Part shown: piece by piece, positions 13,388 to 24,800 of the stretch
How the letters are laid out: each line of letters starts with the position of its first letter
Position numbering within the stretch: the first letter of the stretch is position 1
Position numbers and translations under genes: made by a program
Assembly (NCBI GenBank): GCA_964199315.1
Contig: OZ116700.1
Span: 32,116,001 to 32,180,000 of the forward strand
Source: Orbicella franksi
Taxonomy: Eukaryota
Direction: 5' to 3'
DNA length: 64,000 nt
Notes under the pieces: model-generated
The model's input: only the letters and a program-made list of their open reading frames with translations
The model's database searches: none
Told to the model about the DNA's origin: nothing

Positions 13388-14116
13388 AGGCCCAACCTAA
13401 GTTTTCGGGCATGTGCATTCTGGCAGAACTGTCTTAGAAAAAGCGAGAAGCACTTAATTTGAAATATATTTTGTTCTTTTTATTTCGCAATTCGTCGCAA
13501 CGAGTAATCTTACTCTGGAAGTCATTTCCGCACTTCACATAGCAGGAATTTTGAAAAAAAATCAATTGAATAGAAAGGGACGCAACTGCGCATGCGTTCT
13601 GCCGCAATTGAAGAAAGATGACCGTTATGTTAGTTATTTCAACCGTTTTAATAACCCTATACAAACTTTACGAATATAGCCATGATAAAGCTCATCATTA
13701 CCGACATCTTGTTAGAAATTGCAAGAATAACATGAATTCCCACTGAACGCATCCCACAAGGGCCAACCAGCGCTTGGGGAATAATATGATTAGTGGAACC
13801 AGTTGTTTGATATCATCAGTTAGGGTGATCCTTACCTGTAGCCCCTCGGGGCACAGTGAGGAACGTGATGAGAGAGAGGAAATGATTCCACGTGAGTTAG
13901 ACCTCTCGGACCAGGTGGCCACAACACCCACCGGGAACTCCCCTCTGACACCCTGCTGATGTACATAGTACAGAAAACCATAACGTATAATGGGAACCCT
14001 TCACCAATTTGGTGTGGCTTCTTCCGCGCGTTAATAAAGTTCATCGCCTTTTCTTCCCATCCAAGTAAAATGACGATTTGAAAATGAGCGATACTCGCTA
14101 CGATCAATTCGAATGC

Positions 14117-14187
14117 CAACCTCGATCCCAGGCTCTCTCCTTTGCCACCGACAAGGGAGGTAAGAGAGAGAGCCTGGGTCGAGGTTG
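14117..14187. mobile_element. Short palindromic MITE (CAACCTCG...CGAGGTTG family)
   Basis: TIR CAACCTCGATCCCAGGCTCTCT / AGAGAGCCTGGG-TCGAGGTTG (one indel). A related element lies at 50688-50722. No TSD seen. Confidence 0.8.
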
Positions 14188-15224
14188 TTTGCTTCAAAGA
14201 GTTCCTCGATTTTGTTCGCCTCCAACTTCCGGTTTGCGTGCTAGTTTATCTTCAAGTTTTTGCCCTTTTTTTGTAAAAAAATACTTGTAACCAGATTTTA
14301 GCATTCTACATGTAAATGACACGATACACCACGAATTGTCCAACATATCCAAAAATTTTAAATACCATACACAATTGAAAAATTGACTTTGACTCAAAAA
14401 ATTTGAGACTCCTAATAAGCAGTGTTGATTTTATTCCCTCATTCTAGAAGAAAAAATTACTTCAACATAATAAATACTCTGTACAACTTTTGTACATCTT
14501 CATATAAACTAATATTATTGATGAAAATATATATTTACATCTATTTACAAATGTCTTGCATATTTATAAAATAATCTCAGAAGTTCCAGCTTGCAAAAGA
14601 TATTTGTATAAAATCAATTTCAAATTACCTTGCTACGTTACTAACAACAGTTTTACACAATTAATTCACCTAATAAAAACCTCTCAAAAACATTTGCTTT
14701 TTTGAACAATTTTTCTCTTTTGAATACTCTATTCATGTGAGAAATGACTAGAATCTAGAAAGGAAGTAAAAGAAATATATATCCTTTCAAGATAATTTTA
14801 GATTGGTCGGTGTTTTTGTACAGGACCAATTATTTAGACAATGCTCTTTCTGGTCTTGATGTGCTGCTTCATCATTGCTAGGCTTGATTTCGGCCGCCCT
14901 CTCAAGTCCGGTCTACACTGGTAATTGAGCCTACTTGAATGTTCTCTTCGTCCACTGAATAGGAGAGTGTGAACGTGATGCTTTAATCAGGAGGGGAAAA
15001 CATCCCTCCCATTCTCCTTATAAAAGCTTTTCAGATCGCAGGAATCTCATCGGTGTACTGAAGCTTCAAAAGGAGGTACAAATGTTCCTCACATTTCTCT
15101 GTATGACAGCTTTTCAGATCACAGAAATCTTGTCCGCAGTTTCAATCACAGGACACCCACTGATTTCCTGGACCACAGAAGTTCTGTCTGCATCATGGTC
15201 ACAACATATCCAAGGTCCCTGTTG

Positions 15225-18200
15225 TTATGACACAATGCATGTCTTTGCATCCAGTACTACATTAGCTGAATCACTGTCTAATCTTGGGATTCCATCTAAG
15301 AGCTGAAGATTTGGCAAAATTCTGAAAACACTACAGCAAGAGAAAAAAAAAGATTTGGTTAATTCATTTTTTACTTTAAAAAAGCTATGTTAGCTTAGCA
15401 GGCATGCAAAAAATTAAGGAGTAGAGACAAACCAATTGTGGTCTATATTTCGTACAGGTTAAAACAATGCCCTTCTATGGTAAATATGACTGATAAAGCT
15501 ACATGTAATAGTATTTGATATCTTCATTTTTTCCTTAATGTTCATAACCGGTCACTTAGGTTAATTATACTCCTGGTCCAACTGCATCAATTTATCACAA
15601 CACAATAAAAAGACATTCTTGATTAGAAGTTGATCAACAGAATAGACTTACTGTTGCCGGTAGTTTGGATCTAATTCTACTGGATTTCCTTTGAGCACTA
15701 GGGATTGTATTCCAGTTTTTCTCAGCACCTCTAGTCCTTTTAGACTTTCTACATTATTTTGTTGCAGTGACAAGTGCTCCAACATAGGGGCCCTGGGAAG
15801 TTTCTGGAAATAGGAAAATATAGAAAGATTAATATCATTATAATTTTGATTTCATTCCATGAATGACAATAACATTGATTTCATGACATCTTTTGCCGTT
15901 ATGTGCAAATCAATGTTGTTTCTTTTCATGGTATGGAAAGTGATCCACATAAGTACGTAATAGGTGGCAATGGTACCTGCCCATCTGCCCTTCTGCCCAA
16001 CTGACCGAGGGCAATTTACCTTTTTGATATATTGAATCTTAATTCTGAAAAAAAATAACAGCTTCAAAATATACAGAAGACTACATTAAACAAACTTAAG
16101 GCAGCAAAAATATATCACTTTCTTACCCTTAGGTCAGTGATAAAATTTCTCTGGAGGTAAAGATGTGTACACCTGAAATAATGAGACGAATAATTTTAGA
16201 CTCTAAACACAAACTAGAACACATCAAAATATAAAATAAGTTCCTGTAATCAGAATGCAATAAATATTTTTTTTAAAAAAAAGTGGAATGATTTGTTTAG
16301 CTCAACCGAACTTCATCAGCACAATGAAAATGTGGATGTTGAAAAGGTTTACACTCTATATCATGTTCATTAGGGTCTTGAGGGAACTAAAACAGCATCA
16401 TAGACATTACATGAAGCTAATTCGGAGCCATGGTCTGGAGTACATTTTGTTAGTTTCAACTTTGAGGAGTAAAACTACAGTTCTAAATGTTGATTCATAA
16501 TAACATTGAGATATAAACTCACCTTGGAAGCAACACAGTGCTCAAATCTTGTATCGAGTTTTCTATTAGTTGTAGGTTTTCACATCTGAGGAGTCTTCTG
16601 AGCACTCGCTGGAATTCCTTCTTCTGATAAGGATGACCAAGGTCTTGATATGACAGATTTACGGACTGTGAGGTTAAATACAAAGGGCTTTATCAATATC
16701 CAGTATATTTTCACAGTGACAGAATTTTGTTACATTAGCTAGATTGCTTTTGGTTGTTCCCAGTTAAAGTTGCTTAATATGAAAAATTGCTCATTTCCAA
16801 ACAGCTGGCCTTTCATGCCAATAATAGTAATACATGTAACAATGAATATTAAATTTTTCACTGCAAGGCCTGACGGTGGTGCACAAAGTCCTAACATATG
16901 GATAACTTTGCATTCTGACATCTCTGTAAAATTAATGTTTGTGAGAATTTAAATTAAAATCGAATTGAATTGAATTGTAACAGAAAATTTTGAATTCTTT
17001 AAATATCATACTTAGATTTACGTCATTTAATAATCACTAGCTTTTTAGTCTCGCTTCATTTCAGGGTCTCACAAAATTTTAAAGTAAGTGGCTTTATTGT
17101 TGCAGCAGTGCCTAGTTTTACCATCTTTTTTCTAAAGAATTGGAGAAATAGTTCAACGGAGTAACTAGTTGAGATCATGATGCAGATGACAGTTTGTCGC
17201 TGGCAGTGCAAGGTACTCCTGACAAGCCTGCATTACATACCTCTGCATTTTCCCAGTTTTCCATCTTGTTCTTGTAGTTACGCACTCTTTTGGGTTTGTT
17301 CTTTTTCAATGGCAGACTTACTCGAAATTCTTCATCATCTGAGTCACCATATTCTAATTTTTCTTCCTCATCCAGCTTTCGCATATTTTCCAGTTTAAAT
17401 CCCCTAGGATCTAGAGAAAAATGAGACCATATAACACATCAGACAAAACTCTGTTTGTATACTCCACTTTTAAAGATCTGTTTGTTGGATACAATGTGGA
17501 GACATCAAGGAGGATGGGATTTATTAGTAACACCATATCCTGAGAATTTTCCAAGTTCCTGTAAGAGTTGACTCATGGAAGAAATGAGAGGGGGGGGGGG
17601 GAAGGGTGGGGACTCCATGTAATTCAATTATTCTTAAATTGTCCGGGATTCACAGCAAAAACTCATGAATCCTAAGCATATAAACTGAATGTGCATTGTC
17701 TACAAACTTTGTCTCCCCTGGAAAATTAGGAAATCAATGAAGACAAGCTTTTATAAGTTTTAATCACCTACTTCTTCTAACCCTGGGAGATCTTAACATG
17801 TTTCCCTTGATATCCATGTCCTCTAGTTCATGCCATTTGCTGTACCTGTACTTAGATGCAGGTAGCTGACGATAGTAGAGAAAAAAAAACCACATGGTCT
17901 TAATATTTTTAACTATATAACAAATTTAAATCACGCAAAAAAATGTCACCAGTGCTTTCATGAAAGAACCGGCATCAAGCTTACGCCAGCTGAAAAATCA
18001 GCTACACATCACACAAACTTTGACTACAGAAGAAAACGATGAGAAGATCGAAAGACTCTACAGCAATTTGATCTCTGGATTACGCGGCAGATTCCAAGTG
18101 CACGCTTCATTTGCCGCGAGTTGGTATGCAAACAAGCAACTCATTTCTCCTTACATAAGGCTACGACTGAAACCGCTCAGTCAAGCTTTGAGAATGAAAT

Positions 18201-18525
18201 ATTAATGGCTTTGGGCATCAAAATACGATGAACAACAGAACAGCTTAGCTTTCCTCTGATAAAACTAACTTACCGGCAGGACATCTTCGGCCTCGTAACT
18301 GGCATGTGAGCGCTGTTCTTTAGCTTCTTCTTGAGCGCGATGCACCGTCAAAACTACAATAGGTACGGACGTGTAATTTTCTCTCTCCTCGCGAGACGAC
18401 CTATAATATAACGTGAAAAGAATCTCGTTATTTTCATGCTTTTAATCATGCAGTAAACCAAAAAGCGAAGATAATAAAAGCACGATTACTTACTCTTCCC
18501 GATCAGACATTATTGGCACCGTCAT
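15225..18525 (-). CDS. Leucine-rich-repeat protein (SDS22/U2A'-like LRRs plus LRRcap, about 227-232 aa) ending in CaaX (CIVS)
   Basis: Exons on minus strand: 18494-18510/18525 and 18274-18298 (5' end uncertain), 17534-17558, 17241-17410, 16523-16665, 16127-16172, 15652-15803, 15225-15330. Phases are consistent. LxxLxLxxN repeats ([14 protein letters not shown]; [15 protein letters not shown]), cap [26 protein letters not shown], end KTCIVS*. Confidence 0.85.
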
Positions 18526-18766
18526 GTTTGCTACGTCTCAGCTCGGAATTCTATATGCAAAGCGTTCTCGTCATTTCGTCGCGATATACGAAGACCTTGT
18601 TTAGTGTAAGGGTTATGCTTAGGTCTCAGCGGCCAGAAATGATCTTATCGAAGCGATGAACGAGGCCAAATTTTGCTAAAAGTCACTCACAGAACCCAAA
18701 ATACTCATCGATCACAAAGGTCGAGGGAGAGCCTTTGTCGTAATAAGTCGCGCTACAGTGCCTTTG

Positions 18767-18788
18767 TGACGTCTGGTTACCTAGCAAC
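18767..18788. promoter_or_regulatory. RFX X-box (GTTACCTAGCAAC) next to a CRE-like site (TGACGTCT)
   Basis: X-box at 18776-18788 matches GTNRCC(N0-3)RGYAAC and lies about 250 bp upstream of the LRR gene start. Confidence 0.55.
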
Positions 18789-21385
18789 ATGGTAAATAAA
18801 TAAGTACTTTGCGGCTTTGTTCGCAATAAGAAGTTTACAAATGTCCTGTTCATTGGTCGATAGAGCCATTGTTTTGCGATGTATGGGAAGTATTTGTTTC
18901 GCTGCTGGGCTACTGTGGAAGGTTTGTGTAACTAAGCACAGTAGCATTTTCCATATGTAAAAGGGCTGCCGGGATCGTGAAAGAAGCGACACAACTGTTC
19001 TTTCAAATCTGTTGCAATATTTCAGTTTTGTTCATAAGTTCCCTGTTTTACGATCTCTTGCCATCAAAGTATGTTGCACATTTATGGCGTGATGTGCAAT
19101 TTATGACATTTATATTGGACTGTCCCACTTGACAAATGTGGAAACTACCGGCTGAATTTTTTTTTGCAAATCCTCAAAACATTTTTGCATTAGTCCAATA
19201 ATAGTGTTTGTGCTAAAGCCTACTTTAGCGAAGTTTATTTCTGTCACTGACAACCCAAACGTGTAAAAGCGTATGTTACTGCCAAGCAAGCTCTGTAAAT
19301 AAATGTTTAGCGGTAAGCGCGACAACTAAATCCTAAGAAAGTTTTCTGGCAATGTGTACCTCTGTCCTTTTTCCAAATGGTTCGCTTACTCTAGTCCATA
19401 ACGCTACACGTTGCTAGCATTTACGAGCTAGTCAAAAGGTTCAGCAAGCTTTAGGGCAGCCGTGCGCACGATGTTTGGCCATGGAGTTGACTTTAATTTT
19501 GAGCGAGTGAAAACAGCTAAACAAAAACTCGCATCAGAGTTGATTGCATATTAAGCGGCAGTGGGCAATGAATGTCTCACACGTTCAATTTTTCAAAAAT
19601 TTACTTTGCGAAACATTCAGAGTACAAGATCATCAAAAATGTACCCTAAAAACCACGTTCAATTTGTCATCCCCTGCCTCAACAAAATCAAAGCTTAAAA
19701 CTTACATTATATCTTAAATTACTGTTGTATTTTTTCAAACCCTCTTAGTTTTGACATTTTTCATTCTTTTCTTTTCAGTAATACATGGATGTAAAAATAG
19801 ATCGACATTTCTTAGGATGAAGTTATAAGTTCACTCTGCAATTCGTACTCGAGCTCGCTATACCCTAGAATATTTGCTATCACCAACAATGAAACACAAG
19901 TTACTAAAAGCAATCAACTTATTTTTGACAGGCAAATGCTTCTGAGAAACACTTTTTAAAGTGTTCCACTTGAAAAAGCGTTTCCCAGAAACATTTGCCT
20001 GTTAATCCTCAAATGTCCCAGTGGAATAAACTTCAAACGTCCCTTCCTGAATCGAAAATGGTTATGACTGAGAAAGATCAAGACATATAACAGAAAAACA
20101 AACAGACAATGACAAATGATAAACCAAATTCTCCCAAGGAGAGATATGGAAAACATAAGAAAACAGTTATGAGAGTTTCCATACTGATCTCGGGTCTCTC
20201 AGATAGGAGGTTCAGGGGGATATGACACAAGCAGGACTGAGGTACAAGTCTTATATCTTAGCATTTATTTCATGAACAGCAGCACCTTGCACTGTACTTT
20301 ATGTTAACTGTTAACAACAACATAAACCAACCCATTGTATTATACAATTATATATACATATGATATGTCTGACCTACAACTGGTCTTCGCAAACACAACA
20401 AACCAAATAAATGGTACATTCTCTTATCTACATGCAATTTAGAATGATTTTCTGCACTGCAGAAGGAAACTAAAATCAACTTTGAAAGAGTGTCATTCAT
20501 TTTTTCCCCTCGATCTCAGTGTTTTAATATTCTTAGAACATTTTCTACTCCAAGTGAGCTAGTTAAAAAAGACTGTTGAGATATCTAGTTCTACCAGTTT
20601 GGTTTTTCCAGCAAATTGGAGGATGAAATAGGTAAACTACTTCTCCTTAAACCCTCCACAATTTTAAGGTTTAAAAACCACAGCATGATTATCATTGGTA
20701 ACCCTCTAAAATAACAGCACAGGGAGAGAGGGGGAAGTTTTAAACTTTCCAAAGTTGTCAGGCATTTGCAGAAAGTGTGTTATGTATATAAAACTACATC
20801 TTTGACTTGAAAACTAGTCTTCTACCAGTCGTAGTTGCCTTAAGTTAAACCAATGTTTCATGAAAGGTAGACTGTACCTCTACCAGTTTAAAACTTTAAA
20901 TCAAACCATGAATCAAAAAAAAAAAATAATTAGCTCCCACTGAAATAATTTTTAACTGAACCACTTCAGTAATGTATTGCAGCATTAACCTCGCGACAAT
21001 CTACTTATCAACTGCACCTATTATAAGCAAATTATTATTACATAAATTATAGAAGTATGCTTCTCGGTAGCAAAAACTTACAATATAAAAATAATCTAAT
21101 CTTCTTTACAGCTCTTGGAAAAATAAACATCTCACAGAGCTGTCTCTGATTTGTTACATTCTAAAATATCACCACGGAATACCTTAACGTGTGTCTTCTT
21201 CGCAGTCATTATTTAGGTTGTCAAACAACGAGAGAAACATTGTTGGGTGACACGAGTAACAGTTGCTATAGAGACATCAGTGATGGTGACTATTACTACC
21301 AGTAATGACACTTGAACTATGAACACTTGACATTTTACTTGTTTTTTTGCCACTATGGAATAAACTCAAGGCTTGTTACATTATT

Positions 21386-21566
21386 TAGCCTCTTCCAGGT
21401 GTTCAGTTACAGTAGTTGGGGTGCAGCAAAAAATGGCGAGCAAAAAAATGGGGGAGAAGCATGGCGAGAAAAAGCGAAAACGTTCCTTTGCTTTCTCTCA
21501 CTTCTCCCGTTTTTGCTCACCGTTTTTCTCACTGCGCCCAACTAACTGAACACCTGGAAGAGGCTA
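21386..21566. mobile_element. Foldback MITE with TA ends
   Basis: Perfect 24-bp TIR TAGCCTCTTCCAGGTGTTCAGTTA / TAACTGAACACCTGGAAGAGGCTA. Imperfect complementarity continues inward for roughly 70 bp. Confidence 0.9.
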
Positions 21567-21800
21567 TTATGTATTGTACAAGACCAGCACGTCACAAACA
21601 GTGAAAAATGCTGAATGAAGAGCCATAATTCTTACAAAAAAGTAAGTCAATGCAAACATGCCCAAAAACTGTCAAGTGTTATGGTTCTTGTCCTCGCTGT
21701 AAGCACAAAATATCAAGGTCTATTAAAAACTGGAACCTAACAACTTTAAGTATAAAAAAACCCTCTCTGATGATGTGAATATTCCTAAATAACAACCAAG

Positions 21801-24800
21801 TTATGATTGGAAGCCCTTCTTGTCTAACGAGACAGTTCTTCTCAGAGTAAACCTCACAGCATTGATCCCAGTCCCTCCTCCAGAACTGTGCTGGGAGGAC
21901 GTAGGAGACTGGTACGAGGAGCCAGAGTCCGAACGTGACAGTTGTGTAGCCGGTGGAGTACCTTCCAGTTCATCCTGTAATAACGCATGATTAGTAAATT
22001 TACCTCAATATCTTGGATACTGAGTAAGTAGACCCGGAGACAGACCCCCACGCAAAGTTGCAAATATAAAAACTGCTAGTCAATTGCTGTAAAGTAACTA
22101 ACTGCTATGATCAACAGATACGCAAAAGTGCCCAAAATCTATCCAGCTTTCCATAAAATTTTACTTTGAATTACAATGAGTTGTGTAATCACGCTAATAG
22201 GTATAAATACTATTGGTCATCCTGTGTCTTATGAATCTTGTGCTATTACCAGTAACCATTGCTCAATATCCTAGCCTGATCCCAAGACCCCTAGTCCATC
22301 TCCCCTGCCTAGATTTATATTAATAGTATTAATCCACAATAATTCTGTCTCATTACGGTCAAACTGTTGCAATAACAGTACATAGATTTTTATACCTGTG
22401 ATGGTATAACAATAAAATACCAAGAGAGAGCTAGGTCTAGTCAAGCGACTTTTTGAGAAGAAAAAACGTAAGGAAGATCATGATAAATTAGGGCTTGAAG
22501 TGTACTAAGCCGCTAGCTACATGTAGCTTAGAAAGCAGTCAATATACCATAGAGTCAACAAACCAATAATACACTGCAAGCAAAAACACTTTTTCACTTA
22601 CAAAACTTCACGTTCGACCACCCTATTTAACTTACCAAATGAATAAAGCCAGAACCATTCAGCTAGAGTCAGGGAGTAATTATAAAAAGGCAAAAGAAAA
22701 CTTACTGGCTGAGAATCTGAAGAGTTTTGAGAATCTGAATTTTGTGAATTCGAATTTTGTGAATTCTGTGAACTCCTCATTCTCCCACAAGGTGGACAGC
22801 TGTAAATTCCAATAAACAAACCATTAGTTAATGACACAGTCATTTGAATTCATAACAAACAAAAGAATTGAAGGGCAGAGGGCCCTGTCTGCTCTAGAAC
22901 ATCATATCTCGAGGGGTGCTTGCCATTTTGCCAACTTCAGTTGAAAGTCAAATGGAACAGTAATTTTCTGGAAAATCAATTCAGAAATCGAACATTTGAA
23001 GACTACCTCCAGAAGTAGTCCTTCCTATCTTTCCGTTCGGAACAGAACAGGGGAAATTTCCTTGACATTTACTTCATTTTCCAGTTTCCAGTCTCTCGCC
23101 AGCCAAAAACAATTATGGGAAATCAAATTGTAAAATGGTATAAAACACTATCTCCTTTGGTTGGTTTGCTGATTTTGAAAAACCCTTACCATTATTTACA
23201 TGAAACATTCACCCCAACAGGTTTATTCCAGGATGACAAATGGTAAGACAAATGGTAAGCACCATTTGTCATACCATAATAGTATCCCAAACCCTTGATA
23301 CATGTAGTCTGGGGCACCAATAAATTTTGGGGGTCCCATGCGGCACTCTTAAACAACCAAAGAGTCTGCATGTCAGTCTATGAACAAGACACCATATTTA
23401 GAAATTGAAAATGGTGAGTACTTTTAAATACTGTTCAGTCCAAAAACAGTACGTTCTTTGATGGCCCACTTTCAAGAGTATAGTACATCGTGTAGTTGAA
23501 GTATCAGGCCTAGTGCTGGCATAATCAACACAGTAGTACAATTCTACAGCATGGTATTCAGTCTACATTCTCTATTGCATTCTTGAATAACATGTACATG
23601 TACCACTGCAGGTCAAAGTAATTATAAGTACTTGTTCCAATTCCTTTGTATGTCTACTAGAGACTTAATGTACCTTGCCCTGTAATTATCAAGTTGAGCC
23701 TGTGGAACCATGTCCATAATGTCAAGACTTTCCTTGATTTTCAGTAACATTTCATATTTTTCACGGCCTTTAACCTACAATAAAGGAAAAAGGCTATAAA
23801 TGATTAACTCCTTAATGACTGAGGGCTACTATTGAAGGGCACAATATTCTTATTGTCTAAACTGAAGGAAAAAATTGCTTGAAAAGTTGTCAACATTGCT
23901 CCATAATGTTCTACAATGAATGACTTAGAGAATGACACTTAACAATATTTAACCCCTCATTCTATTTCATATGCCACTAATTTTCTAATATCTGCAGACC
24001 TCACTTCAATGTCGTGCAAGTGCTGTGCAATGTTTTTTTTTGGGGGGGGGGGGGGGTGTTTCCAAGACACTTGAAACTTATACAGTGGAGTGGCTCAACA
24101 CTCTGTTGCCCATTGGAGATTCCTACCTCCCCACTCCCTACATGAAAATGGTCCTTAGAGACACACTACCCCAACATTTCCTCACCCCTTTCCTTTTCTA
24201 CAGGAAGCCATTAGTCTGAGCATTACTTCATTTTGTCTCACGCTGATAACATAGTGTTACTAACCTGTATCGTAAAAATCTCCTCATCTTCATTAGTCCG
24301 TATTCGCTTTAGTCTATTTCTATCCACAGTCAATGCCCTGACTTCAAACCCAGATGACATGATGGAATGTGCTGAAGATTCAAACAAGAATAAAAAGAAG
24401 CAAGTTTTTATGACACTTCCTGAAATCAGATTAAAAAACAAAACATTCATTTCAAGCACAGTGGAACCCCATTTTTGGTCATTTGCACGCCACAAAAATC
24501 TGGCTGTAGTAGTAGATTGGCCATAACAAAGGGGTTATTAAAATAAGACAATGACTGACTGAACTATGGAAAGGACCAGAACAGAGTAGCCATAATAAGA
24601 AGGTGGCCATAAGGCGTGGTTCCAAGCAATGCTATATGCAACCTTATTGTCTCTGGTGGGCCAAGGGTGGGAAAAACTTGAGTTTTGAGTGCAAATTTGT
24701 AACTAAGAAGGTTTTTAAATTTGCTAATAAAAATGATAATGATAGCGATAGCGATAGTGATAGTGATAATAACAATCTCAATTCAGCAATTAGCATTAAC

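Noticed and set aside
17960-18205. + strand 81-aa ORF antisense within the LRR gene intron
   Set aside because: No motif, splice support or family resemblance.
18840-19700. Protein-like fragments on + strand (weakly F-box-like) downstream of the X-box
   Set aside because: Many stops and frame changes, and no recognisable family. It cannot be distinguished from random sequence by eye.
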